Source: Bacillota bacterium
Lineage (GTDB): Bacteria; Bacillota; Sulfobacillia; Sulfobacillales; Sulfobacillaceae
Length of the DNA: 64,000 nucleotides
Direction of reading: 5' to 3'
Assembly (NCBI GenBank): GCA_021820485.1
Contig: JAKADO010000006.1
Coordinates: 1,926-65,925 of the forward strand
A program made the translations under genes and the position numbers. Below are positions 38,304 through 48,086 of this stretch, piece by piece (the first letter of the stretch is position 1; each line of letters begins with the position of its first letter). Below the pieces are notes generated by a model. That model was not told where the DNA came from, searched no databases, and was given only the letters and a program-made list of their open reading frames with translations.

Positions 38304-39323
38304 TCATGGCCTAGGCAGGTCGCGGCGGTTGTAGAATCCAGTGATGACACGCACATGCTGATCGGGCGCCTTGAGATGAAACTCGAAGCCTGCATATTTG
38401 CCATTCAACACACGAATCATGGGACGACCGGGCCAGTCATGGGGATTGTCCAGCACCACTCCCGCTTCACCGTTGCCCAGCTGCACCACGGTCCCGACCG
38501 GGTAGGGGGCCACCGTGCGTTGCAGAATTTGAATTAAATCGATGGGAAAGTCGAGTCCTGCGCCGCCAACCACCCATTCCAGCGCTTCATTGATGGGAAG
38601 GGCAGGCTCGTCGGTGCGGAACAGCAATGCATTCAAGAGCTCCGCCAACCCCAGGACACGGGCACCCGCATAGATTTTGTCGCCTTTCAGCGGGGGCGTG
38701 CCCGAACCGTCCCAGCGCGCATGATGCTGCGCCAATGTCGCCCGCGCAGTGGCCGGAATGGAAGAGAGCGGTCTTATCCGTTCCGCCAGCTCCGCCATGC
38801 GCTCATCGGACGGCATGGCGACTTGTCCGTCCCCGATCCCCAGTTCCAACCCCAGGAGAACCGCGGCCAAGGCATAATCTTCCACCCACTTGGGGTCGAT
38901 GGATTGGGTGAGCTTGACTGTGAGGCCCATCGTGTTGAGCCAAGACACCAAAGCCGGATTGCCGCCGCGATAGAGCGGAATCCATTCGAACGGACGCCGG
39001 GCCGTGATCGGAAACCGTTCAATGATGTCGCGGGCGATGCGCCGCGCTGCGATCAGTCCGTCGCCCTTGAGCGCATCCAGGCCCGCTTCTGCCCATTGCT
39101 CGAGAGGACGAATCATATCGTCGGGCATCCACCAGTTGGGGGACACCCCTTCCCACCCGGGCCAATCCACGGGGATGACATCCAGCCCATTCTCCCGCAT
39201 GCGTCCAATGCTCTCTTCAGTCAACAGATCTCCGCGACTCGCCAAAATGGCCCCTTGACGTCCACGCACAACGTCCGCTGCCGTGTCCCCTGGACGACAC
39301 TCCGCCACCGCCATCAACCGCAT
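38304..39323 (-). CDS. Degenerate HD-GYP domain protein
   Basis: Firmicute HD-GYP scaffold (N-terminal RPGD..A..V.GR.G.IL, HHARWDGSGTP, ARVLGLAELLNAL, PYPVGT.V.L..GE.GVV) with no HD dyad. Confidence 0.75.
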   Translation of the reverse strand: MRLMAVAECRPGDTAADVVRGRQGAILASRGDLLTEESIGRMRENGLDVIPVDWPGWEGVSPNWWMPDDMIRPLEQWAEAGLDALKGDGLIAARRIARDIIERFPITARRPFEWIPLYRGGNPALVSWLNTMGLTVKLTQSIDPKWVEDYALAAVLLGLELGIGDGQVAMPSDERMAELAERIRPLSSIPATARATLAQHHARWDGSGTPPLKGDKIYAGARVLGLAELLNALLFRTDEPALPINEALEWVVGGAGLDFPIDLIQILQRTVAPYPVGTVVQLGNGEAGVVLDNPHDWPGRPMIRVLNGKYAGFEFHLKAPDQHVRVITGFYNRRDLPRP

Positions 39324-39374
39324 GTGCAGTCCTCCCTTGAGCTGTGTTCTTTCCTCGCGAAGGCGCTGTAGAAA

Positions 39375-39731
39375 TTACGCGGAAACCCACTTGCTCAGGG
39401 CCTGCATGACGCGCTCAGGCTCATAGGGTTTGACCACAAAATCCTTGGCTCCCGCCTTGATGGCTGACACAATCATGGCCTGTTGGCCCAATGCCGACAC
39501 CATGATGACGCGGGCTTTCGGGTCGCTCTGGCAGATCGCCTGCGTAGCGGCCACGCCGTCCATCTCCGGCATGGTGATATCCATCAAGACGGCCGACGGA
39601 TGGTGTTCGGCATAAAGCGATACGGCTTCCTGCCCATTGGCCGCCTCCACAACTTCATACCCTTCCTGCTCCAAGAGTTTTTTCAATCGCATGCGCATAA
39701 AGGCTGCGTCGTCGGCTATGAGAATCTTCAC
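39375..39731 (-). CDS. cheY: Chemotaxis response regulator CheY
   Basis: ILIADDAAFMR, MDITMPEMDG, VSALGQ, FVVKP. Confidence 0.93.
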   Translation of the reverse strand: MKILIADDAAFMRMRLKKLLEQEGYEVVEAANGQEAVSLYAEHHPSAVLMDITMPEMDGVAATQAICQSDPKARVIMVSALGQQAMIVSAIKAGAKDFVVKPYEPERVMQALSKWVSA

Positions 39732-39746
39732 CGGTTGTTCCCCTCT

Positions 39747-42461
39747 CTAGTTCTTCACGCTTAATGCTTCCGCCCTCAGGAGACCGAGCACGGTCTCCGC
39801 CAGAACCGCGGGCTCAAACTTGGTGACAATGGCGTCCGCGTCAACCTGCGCGGCACGATCGGCGTGCCAATGTCCTGACAGAGAGGTGTGCAAGAGCACG
39901 GGAACGGCCTTGCTGCGCTCATCCGTCTTCAAACGCGCCGTCAGCGTGTAACCGTCGAGACGCGGCATCTCCACGTCCACCACAAACAACCGCGGCAGGG
40001 GTTCCCCTGCTTGTATGGCTGACCACAACTCTTCCCCGTCGGTGAAGCTCCGAAGCCGAATGCCCATTGGCTGCAACGCCTTTTCCACCTGCAGGCGGGC
40101 TACGCGGGAGTCGTCCGCAATCCACACGGAGACGTCCTCCGCAACCGCGGCGAAGGTTTGATTTTCGTCCAAAAAGTCTGGGGGCGCCACGGACGCCAGC
40201 AAGTTTTCAAAGTCAATCAACTGGATGGGCCCTAACTCCGGATGGTCAATCAGCCCCGTAAAGCGCGACGCATTGCCGGCTTCCAGCACGGCCGGCAATG
40301 CCTCGACCTGGTCCCACCCCACGCGAATCATGCGATCCACCTGGTCGACCGGGAAGGCCTGCACGGTTCGATTGAATTCGGTAACCAGCAAAAACGCGGG
40401 GGGCTCATCACCCTCTTGAATGCCCAAAGCCCGGTGCAAGTTGACCACGGGAATTGTCTGACCGCGAATGTGCAAGAATCCGTCGAGCCAATCGTGCTGT
40501 CCTGGCACCCGAGTGATGACAGCCCGCGGCAATGCCTCGCGCGTCTTGTACACATTGATGCCGTACCGTTGGCCGTCGCTGAGTTGAAAGACCAGGAGCT
40601 CCATCTGGTTCGATCCTGCCCTGAGCACATGGTCATCCTCAGCCCGCTCAACCTCGCCGACACTTACCGGCACCAACCGCCGCGCATCCACCATGAGGGC
40701 AAGCCTCCCATCGCCCAGCAAGGACACGCCGCTCAGCCATGGTGTCAGGCCGGTCAATCCTGCCACCGGCTTAATGACCACTTCCTGTTGTCCCCGCACG
40801 CCGTCCACCGCCAAGGCCGCTTGGGTGCGGCCATCCTTGACGCGCACGATGTAGCGGTCTTCATGCACTGCGGCAGAATCCAGCAATTCGGCCAGCGAAT
40901 AGACTGGCATGGGCGCATCGCGATCCGGCACCGCTTGGCGCCCCAGAACACTGCTCAGACCTGACTGAGCAATGTCTTCGATGCGCTCCACGGCGGCGAT
41001 GGGGAACCCGACAGTCCACGGACCAGCTTCTACGATGAGCGCCGTCATAATTGCCATTGTCATGGGCAACTCAATCCGGAATGTCGTGCCCTCACCTGGT
41101 TGGCTCTCAACGGCAATGGACCCATGAATCTCCTCGAGGAACGCATGCACGACATCCAGCCCGACGCCACGTCCCGAGATGTCGGTGATCTTTTCTGCCG
41201 TAGAAACCCCCGGGCGAAACAGCAACTCTGCCAGTTGGTCTTCGGAAGCGCGAGCCGCCTCGTCCGCGCTCATCCAACCTTGGCGGATCGCCTTGTCTCG
41301 CAGCTTTTGCCAATCGATGCCCGCTCCATCGTCGGCAATCTGCAAATGGACATGCCCTTGAGCGGCATACGCCGTGAGGCGGATCGTGCCGGTTTCAGGC
41401 TTTCCCTGAGCTCTCCGCCTTTCAAGGCTTTCAATACCATGGTCACAGGAATTGCGCAGGAGATGCAGCAAGGGTTCGTGCAAACGATCCATTACGACTC
41501 GATCGAGCTCCGTCTCCCCGCCCACCGTCTGAAGTTGAATTTTCTTGCCCAGTTTTTGGGCAATGTCGTGCACCGCCCGCGGATACTGCCGAAACAGGGT
41601 GTCAAGCGGCAGCATCCGCGCCCGAAGCGTCAAGTCTTGCAAGTCGAGCGCCCGCCTCCGCAAATGGTCGAGCACGCCCCGGGTCACCGGATCCATATTG
41701 TTGCTCCATTGATGTTCCAACTGGCCGTGGTCCAGCAGCAACTCGCCCAGCCCTTCGAGGATGGCCTCCAAGGTATCAGCGCTGATGCGAATGGTGGCAT
41801 CTCGACGCTCCACCTGCGGCGCTTGGCGCCGCGCCTCGCCCTCCGCTTTCTCCGGCTGCGGAGCCGAGGGCTCGCTGGCCACCATGGGCTTGGCCGCCAC
41901 CAGATCGTCGATGGACGCCAAGGCCTCCTGAATGGCGGAGTCAGTCGCGCTCTGCGCAGGAATAAGCAGATAGCTAACTTGTCCATTCCAGTCGGACAAC
42001 GCATCAGCCGGCGGATCACTCTCGGTCCCAGGCGCCAAGGCACTGATTGCGGTGAAGGCTTGAAACGCGCGAACTCCCGGCATGAGGCTTGCGGGATCCC
42101 AATTGAGCTCCCATTTAACGGCCTGACGCGGTTTTTCGGCTTCCCCCCGGCCGCCCCCCAGCTCCTCGCGCAGGGCGTCCACGGTTTGCAAACACAGTTG
42201 CTGAAGCTCGGGCGTCCACTCCCATTCGGGCCGGCCCCGTCGATCCATGGCGTCCTCAAGCCGGTGGGCCCGTTCCACCCACTCGGTCAGCCCCAGCATC
42301 CCGCCGGACCCCTTTAGCGTATGGGCGGCCCGAAACATGGCGTCCATGGGTGGTGGGGATTGCAGGGCCCCTTCCTCCAATGCGCCCAAAAGCTCGACGG
42401 CCTCTTCCACGAAGAGCGCACGCTCTTCGTCCGAATCCCATTTGACATCACTAAACCGCAT
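39747..42461 (-). CDS. cheA: CheA histidine kinase fused at its C-terminus to a complete CheV (CheW + receiver)
   Basis: P1 RAAHTLKG, P2 MPGVRAFQ, P4 LLRNSCDHGIE/DDGAG/SGRGVGLD, P5; then NQMELLVFQL..QRYGINV, IADDS, VDVEMP, HTSLSG, VTKF; 904 aa with no stop. Confidence 0.9.
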   Translation of the reverse strand: MRFSDVKWDSDEERALFVEEAVELLGALEEGALQSPPPMDAMFRAAHTLKGSGGMLGLTEWVERAHRLEDAMDRRGRPEWEWTPELQQLCLQTVDALREELGGGRGEAEKPRQAVKWELNWDPASLMPGVRAFQAFTAISALAPGTESDPPADALSDWNGQVSYLLIPAQSATDSAIQEALASIDDLVAAKPMVASEPSAPQPEKAEGEARRQAPQVERRDATIRISADTLEAILEGLGELLLDHGQLEHQWSNNMDPVTRGVLDHLRRRALDLQDLTLRARMLPLDTLFRQYPRAVHDIAQKLGKKIQLQTVGGETELDRVVMDRLHEPLLHLLRNSCDHGIESLERRRAQGKPETGTIRLTAYAAQGHVHLQIADDGAGIDWQKLRDKAIRQGWMSADEAARASEDQLAELLFRPGVSTAEKITDISGRGVGLDVVHAFLEEIHGSIAVESQPGEGTTFRIELPMTMAIMTALIVEAGPWTVGFPIAAVERIEDIAQSGLSSVLGRQAVPDRDAPMPVYSLAELLDSAAVHEDRYIVRVKDGRTQAALAVDGVRGQQEVVIKPVAGLTGLTPWLSGVSLLGDGRLALMVDARRLVPVSVGEVERAEDDHVLRAGSNQMELLVFQLSDGQRYGINVYKTREALPRAVITRVPGQHDWLDGFLHIRGQTIPVVNLHRALGIQEGDEPPAFLLVTEFNRTVQAFPVDQVDRMIRVGWDQVEALPAVLEAGNASRFTGLIDHPELGPIQLIDFENLLASVAPPDFLDENQTFAAVAEDVSVWIADDSRVARLQVEKALQPMGIRLRSFTDGEELWSAIQAGEPLPRLFVVDVEMPRLDGYTLTARLKTDERSKAVPVLLHTSLSGHWHADRAAQVDADAIVTKFEPAVLAETVLGLLRAEALSVKN

Positions 42462-42479
42462 AAGACCTCCCCACCCCGG

Positions 42480-42923
42480 TTAGAGGTGCGCCGCGCTGGC
42501 GATGCTTTCCTGAAGCCGATCTGGCAGTTCTTCAGACCAAGCCCACAACCACTCGTCTCCCATGCGAAACGCCCGGGTTATCCAGGAAACCGCCTCGGGC
42601 GGAACCAAATCCCGCCATGTGTCGTCCGGCAACGGTGCTCCTGGAGCCCAGAGGCTTTCCACTTGGTCGACAGCGATTAACGATGTTCCTCGATGGCCTC
42701 CCCACCTGAGCGCCATCTTGACGGGTGCCGACTCCAGACCCAGGTGAGGCCGCAGCGTCAGTACCGTCAAGGGCTGCCCACGAACCACCGCAACGCCTGC
42801 TATCAGGGGTGGGGTCTTTGGAATGCCCGTCACGCTCGGATCCGCCAAAATTTCCGTAACCGCCGACACCGGGGCGCCAAAAAGATAGGTGCCGATGCGC
42901 ACGGTCAGCAATTGTTCCTCCAT
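42480..42923 (-). CDS. cheW: Chemotaxis coupling protein CheW
   Basis: FGAPVSAVTEI, VTGIPKTP, GVAVVRGQPLTV. Confidence 0.8.
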   Translation of the reverse strand: MEEQLLTVRIGTYLFGAPVSAVTEILADPSVTGIPKTPPLIAGVAVVRGQPLTVLTLRPHLGLESAPVKMALRWGGHRGTSLIAVDQVESLWAPGAPLPDDTWRDLVPPEAVSWITRAFRMGDEWLWAWSEELPDRLQESIASAAHL

Positions 42924-43177
42924 AGTCCGTCCCCCTCAGCCTCGCGAGACTCCCCGTTGGATGATTTTTCTATTCGCTACAAAGTGACAGAGTCCTTTTT
43001 CCCCTGTCGACTTTTGTCAAAATCGGGCTCCAAAACCTGCGCAACGCCGCGTCCTTGGAACTGTAATTTAGGGCAGCCAAAAAGAGGACTTCCACGAACC
43101 CTGTCGAATCCGTCGAAGATCGACAAAATTTGCTAACGATCGCTCTTTTACATTTTGGGATTGAAAGAAGGTCTCGA

Positions 43178-45169
43178 ATGAAACTGACCGGAAAGGCTTC
43201 ATTGATAGCCGGGGTCTTGATTGCGGTCACTCTGGCGCAAAGCGCCCTCACCATAAGCCGCGACAACAATGCAGTCCACGAAACGCAAATCCTGAGCACG
43301 CGGTACGACAAGTTCAAGAACGCCGTTCAGGGAATGGAATCCTCCTTTTACGCCTATGACGACCAGATGAATATGTATGCGTTGGTGGCGACGGAGGGTC
43401 ACAGCAACGCGCTCGCGAACACCACCTATCAGCAAGCCGTTCGGTTTCGCCAACAATTGGGGCAGGAACTGTCGCAAGCGCAACAGCTGTCCTTTTCCGC
43501 TCAGAGCCAGCAACTCTTGAGCCAGTTGTCTCAAGAAGTCACGGCCTACAATCAGGACGCCCAAATTGTTCGCCAAGATCTCGTCAACCAGCGTGTATCG
43601 CAAGCGGATTACGAGCAAACCCTCGGCAACATTGCCCCATCCAACGCCATCATGCCGTTGCTGCAGAAACTCTCGTCCCTCGCCACCAATGCCATGCATA
43701 AAAGCCTTAGCACCATCGTCCGCGACCAGGAAGCCAGCATCACGTGGGCTTGGATTGCTGCGATCGTCATGTTGGCGATGCTGGTGTTGATGCTCTTTGC
43801 CATTCAGCGCTACGCAGTTCGACCGCTGGTCACGCTGAAGAAAGTGGCCGAAGATTTGGCGGGAGGCGATGTCGAGTCTCCTCTGGAATACGAGAGCCAA
43901 GATGAACTGGGCGAACTCGCGGATGCGTTCCGCCGCATGAAATCCTATCTCAGTGAAGCAGGCCACGTGGCGGAAGCCATCGGCAACGGCAATTTGCAGG
44001 TGGCACCGCAGCCGAAGGGAGCCAATGATGCGTTGGGGAAAGCCTTCGTTGCCATGCATGATGGGTTGCGCCGCGTCGTCGAAGCCCTCCAGGTCGCCGA
44101 CCGGGAAGTGCAGGCCAGCGTGGATGAGTTGACGCGGGTCGCCTCCCAAACGACCGAGGCCACACGGCAAATCTCGACCGCTGTGAACCAAACCGCTCAA
44201 GCCACCGGCGAATCCTCGCAAGGCTTGCAGCAAATTGCGTCTTCCATGCAGCAACTGAAAACCGCTGTCCAACAGGTCGCCAACGGAACTGAGTTGCAGG
44301 CCGAGCAGGCCCAAAAAGGGGAAAGCGCGCTGACCGAAATGAAATCGGCTCAGGCCTCGGTGCAAAAAGTGGCTCAACGAATGGAGAAACTCGCGCAGGA
44401 GTCACGCCATGCCGCCCAAGACGGCCGGCGTCAGGTCGAGGATACCTTGTCGGCCATGGCCCGCATCGCTGAGGTCACGCGCAGCACCGCGGACGCCATC
44501 AGCCTTTTGGGGCAGCATTCGGAGCGGATTGGCGCCATTGCCGGCACCATTTCCGAAATCGCATCGCAGACAAATCTGTTGGCTTTGAATGCCAATATCG
44601 AAGCGGCCCGTGCCGGCGAGCATGGCCGAGGCTTCGCGGTCGTGGCGGATGAAGTCCGAAAGCTGGCTGAGCAGTCCTCCCAGGAGGCAACCAATGTCAG
44701 TGAGCTCATCGAAACGATCCAAGCCACCGTGCAGAAGTCGGTGTTGGGCATGGAGCGGGGTCAGCAGGAGGTCGCGGACGGACAAACCTTAGGGGAAGAG
44801 ACCCGAACAGCCCTGAAGGAAATGGATGACGCGGTCTCAGAGGTAGCGGAAGAGATCCATGTGTTGTCGGAGACCATCCGTGCCCTTGAAGAGCAAAGTG
44901 CTGGGGTGGATCAAGGAATTCGGGAAATTGCCAAAATCGCACAGGACAACTCCGCCGCCGCGCATCAAATGGCCGCCTCCTCGGCCGACGTCACGGACAC
45001 CGTCGAAGGGCTGGCCGCCATTTCGGAAGAAACGGCCGCCGCGACCGAAGAAGTCGCCACCACCAGCGAGCATGTCGCCGAATCCTCGGAGGTGCTCACC
45101 GAGAAAGCCCGCGTGTTGGCTGAAGTCGCGACCCGGTTGGATAGCCTCATATCACGCTACACACTTTAG
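43178..45169 (+). CDS. Transmembrane methyl-accepting chemotaxis protein
   Basis: TM1, helical extracellular domain, TM2, HAMP ([11 protein letters not shown]), tip [34 protein letters not shown]; start moved to 43178. Confidence 0.93.
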   Translation: MKLTGKASLIAGVLIAVTLAQSALTISRDNNAVHETQILSTRYDKFKNAVQGMESSFYAYDDQMNMYALVATEGHSNALANTTYQQAVRFRQQLGQELSQAQQLSFSAQSQQLLSQLSQEVTAYNQDAQIVRQDLVNQRVSQADYEQTLGNIAPSNAIMPLLQKLSSLATNAMHKSLSTIVRDQEASITWAWIAAIVMLAMLVLMLFAIQRYAVRPLVTLKKVAEDLAGGDVESPLEYESQDELGELADAFRRMKSYLSEAGHVAEAIGNGNLQVAPQPKGANDALGKAFVAMHDGLRRVVEALQVADREVQASVDELTRVASQTTEATRQISTAVNQTAQATGESSQGLQQIASSMQQLKTAVQQVANGTELQAEQAQKGESALTEMKSAQASVQKVAQRMEKLAQESRHAAQDGRRQVEDTLSAMARIAEVTRSTADAISLLGQHSERIGAIAGTISEIASQTNLLALNANIEAARAGEHGRGFAVVADEVRKLAEQSSQEATNVSELIETIQATVQKSVLGMERGQQEVADGQTLGEETRTALKEMDDAVSEVAEEIHVLSETIRALEEQSAGVDQGIREIAKIAQDNSAAAHQMAASSADVTDTVEGLAAISEETAAATEEVATTSEHVAESSEVLTEKARVLAEVATRLDSLISRYTL

Positions 45170-45177
45170 AGGATCAC

Positions 45178-45206
45178 GAGGAGCAACTTCGCGAGGGTTG
45201 CTCCTC
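45178..45206 (+). terminator. Hairpin after MCP1
   Basis: GAGGAGCAAC-N9-GTTGCTCCTC, perfect 10-bp stem 8 nt after the stop. Confidence 0.6.
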
Positions 45207-45366
45207 AAACATTTTCGGGATACAACCAATTTGGTGTTATTTCAGTCTATAAAGAGGCATCTCGGCCGTGGTGCTTTATCATAAAATTGCAAATCGCCCA
45301 CCATGTGTCGACATCTGATTGCTGAGGGTGCCTCGGATTGCTATTTCAGCGAAAGGATGGGCAGCA

Positions 45367-46911
45367 ATGCCCGTAAAGCCAATGATAAACGACACGCACT
45401 TGGATACCCGCACTCTGAAGAATTTGGAAGACGTGCTTCAACTGGTCGCAACCCACGCAGCCACCAATCAACGGGACAGCGGGGTAATAGACGCGACCTT
45501 GTCACGCTTGACAGAAATGGCTCAGCAGAGTTCCGAGACAGTGACCCAAGCCAAAGTTGGCATTCAAGAGATGGCTGAGCGGCTCACCACCTTGAGCGCC
45601 CATGTTGAAGAAGTGAGCGCGGAAACCCACGAGGTCGAGCATGTCGTCTCCGCCGCCTACCAATTGTCAGAAGGAACTCGGGAGGCGCTGGCGCGAATCG
45701 AGGATGCGATGACCGAGCTCGAAACGCAAGTCAAGAAAATCCTCAAAGTCAGCTCAGTCATCGAAAACATTGCCCAAACCACCAATATCCTCTCGCTGAA
45801 CGCGTCCATTGAGGCCGCGCGAGCAGGAGAACACGGCCGGGGATTTTCGGTAGTCGCCTTGGAAGTGCGCAAGCTGGCCGATCAAACCCGCGAACAAGCG
45901 CAAAACATCACCACCGACCTTCGGGCTGTCACAGAGCAATTGGATCACACCCGGGGCGTCACCGACACCATCCGGCAGTCATTTGATGGGCTCTCCCAAG
46001 CCGTGCGTCAGGCGCACGACTCCTTTCAAGCCATTGAACAAGTAATGGAGGATGCCGCCGACAAGGTCTCCGAAACAGCGCAACTCGGACAGACTCAAGA
46101 GGTTCATATGGCTCACGTCTCCGAGGCGTTTGACGCCTTGTCCCATGACTTGTCGGGAGCGTCTCACCAACTCTCCACCCTGACCGCTGCCGTGAAAGAA
46201 ACCGCCCTATCGACCGAGAGCGGTTTCGGGGAGTTGGCTCGGCATGACTATGATGGCGTCGTGCCGGTCGCGCTTAGACGGAGTCGCGAGGCCGCCGACG
46301 AGGTTGGCTCCATATTGCAAAACGCTGTTCAGTCAGGCCGTGTGCCTCTCAAGGCATTTCTCGCGTGTGGTGAGTACGCTCCCTATGCCGCCCACGAATT
46401 AGGCCAGCTTGAGCCGTTCTTCCGGGTCCCTCAGACTGTTCGCGACAAGGGATTGGAGCCGATGAAGTATCATGTGCCCTATGACTACGCAGTGGAACAT
46501 GACTTAAACCGACTGATGCAGCGGTATATCTCCCAAGATGGGCGCTCGTGGGTGCTGTTCAGCATTGTTGACCTAAACGGATACGTCGTCGCCTGCGCCG
46601 ATATTGACCGGCCGGATCTCACGGGCGACGCCGCCATGGACGATCGAAACCGCTTCAAACGGCTTTTGCCCCACCCCTCCTGGGTGCGGGGCAGCCGAGT
46701 TGGCTTGCCCGAGTCGGTGCATTGGCTGCCCAACAACGTGAAGCGGGACGAATTCCTGCGACGAGCCGGCGCACTGAAGAAGCCCGCCCAACCCGTGCAA
46801 CCGTTGATTCAAACGTACATCCGCAACAATGTGGTGGTCATGACACTCCTCTCGTCCCCACTGTATATCGGCGATGACTTGTTCGGGGCGGTCATGGTAG
46901 CTTGGAGCTGA
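45367..46911 (+). CDS. Soluble chemoreceptor with an N-terminal signalling domain and a C-terminal putative sensor domain
   Basis: No TM segment seen; tip [17 protein letters not shown] in the first half; C-terminal KYHVPYD, VDLNGY, NRFKR, IQTYIR and SPLYIG motifs. Confidence 0.85.
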   Translation: MPVKPMINDTHLDTRTLKNLEDVLQLVATHAATNQRDSGVIDATLSRLTEMAQQSSETVTQAKVGIQEMAERLTTLSAHVEEVSAETHEVEHVVSAAYQLSEGTREALARIEDAMTELETQVKKILKVSSVIENIAQTTNILSLNASIEAARAGEHGRGFSVVALEVRKLADQTREQAQNITTDLRAVTEQLDHTRGVTDTIRQSFDGLSQAVRQAHDSFQAIEQVMEDAADKVSETAQLGQTQEVHMAHVSEAFDALSHDLSGASHQLSTLTAAVKETALSTESGFGELARHDYDGVVPVALRRSREAADEVGSILQNAVQSGRVPLKAFLACGEYAPYAAHELGQLEPFFRVPQTVRDKGLEPMKYHVPYDYAVEHDLNRLMQRYISQDGRSWVLFSIVDLNGYVVACADIDRPDLTGDAAMDDRNRFKRLLPHPSWVRGSRVGLPESVHWLPNNVKRDEFLRRAGALKKPAQPVQPLIQTYIRNNVVVMTLLSSPLYIGDDLFGAVMVAWS

Positions 46912-47031
46912 GGCTGCATAAGCCCACAGCATTGGCTGCTGCATCTGGACCATTTGGCCGTACGCGAGTGCCCACGAACTGGCTCGGTGAGTCGGCCGGA
47001 CGGCAAGTCCCACCGGAAAGGAATTGATCAA

Positions 47032-47670
47032 ATGGCGGTTCAGCAATCCTTGGTGACAATCGAATCACGGTGGGGAAAGCCCGCGACGCATGTGATGCAC
47101 AGCCATCCACACGCCTCACGCCTGGTGGTTATTTTTCCTGGAAGCAATTACCCGGTGGATGCGCCGTTGCTGCGCTTCGCCAGAATCGCCGCGCTGGAGC
47201 AGGGATTTGATGCTCTCAGTTTGGAGTATGGCTTTCAGACCAACCGATCGGACATTCAGTCAGAAGACATTTCGACCATATCCGAGGAGGCCAACCGGGC
47301 CATCGATGCCGTGTCCCAGAGCTATGAAACCCTAATCTTCATTAGCAAGAGCCTGGGAACAGTGGTCGCCGGCCGGGTTCAGCAGCAACGACCGGTGGGT
47401 GCCGAAATCCATCATCATATCTTCCTCACTCCCCTGCCTGCAACGGTGGAGTCCATGCGGAACACCCCCCATGCCATGGTGATCGTGGGCACCCGTGATC
47501 CATTGTTTGATGCGGAACAAATAGCCCGGGTGTCGCAATTGAGCCATATCGAGCTTCGTACCATCCAAGGGGCCAACCATGCCTTGGAGGTGGATGGCTA
47601 TCGCGCGTCCCTGAACGCCTTAGGGGACGCGACTGATTGGTGCGCGCAGTTCCTGCAGGACATCCGCTGA
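47032..47670 (+). CDS. Alpha/beta hydrolase fold protein
   Basis: IFPGSNY, ISKSLGT, VGTRDP, GANHAL; start moved to 47032. Confidence 0.75.
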   Translation: MAVQQSLVTIESRWGKPATHVMHSHPHASRLVVIFPGSNYPVDAPLLRFARIAALEQGFDALSLEYGFQTNRSDIQSEDISTISEEANRAIDAVSQSYETLIFISKSLGTVVAGRVQQQRPVGAEIHHHIFLTPLPATVESMRNTPHAMVIVGTRDPLFDAEQIARVSQLSHIELRTIQGANHALEVDGYRASLNALGDATDWCAQFLQDIR

Positions 47671-47696
47671 TTCTGCCTGAGTTCTCGCCCCCAAAA

Positions 47697-47730
47697 GTGA
47701 GCCCACACCGCTCGAGCGCTATGGGCTCAC
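47697..47730. terminator. Hairpin after the hydrolase gene
   Basis: GTGAGCCCA-N16-TGGGCTCAC with an internal CGCTCGAGCG palindrome. Confidence 0.5.
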
Positions 47731-47793
47731 GGGGAACGACTCGGGACCATCTAGCCTGAAATCGCGCCATGATGGAGCGATGGTTCAAGCGCC

Positions 47794-48061
47794 GGCGGTG
47801 TCCCAAACGCCGCGAAGGCCACATTAATGGCGGGGGTTCACGAATTCTGAAGCCGGGACTGGCTTCCCACAGGGAAAAGCAGGTAACGACATCGCCCTCT
47901 TGGCCCGAATATTTGCGACGGCTGATATGTACGCACGCGAAACCGCGGTGGAGGGCCGCCGCCATCGAGAGGCGATCCGGGCCATCCATGCGCAGTCGGA
48001 GAAGGCGCTAGACCCCAATTATGTGGATGCACTGCTTGAACTCTTCCAACGTTCTAATTGA
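47794..48061 (+). pseudogene. Decayed HD-GYP phosphodiesterase C-terminal fragment
   Basis: One frame gives GGVPNAAKATLMAGVHEF*, and the next frame gives EAGTGFPQGKAGNDIALLARIFATADMYA...EAIRAIHAQSEKALDPNYVDALLELF*; no N-terminus; not in the ORF track. Confidence 0.7.
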
Positions 48062-48086
48062 TCTCCCCAAGACATGTTCGGTCCTG

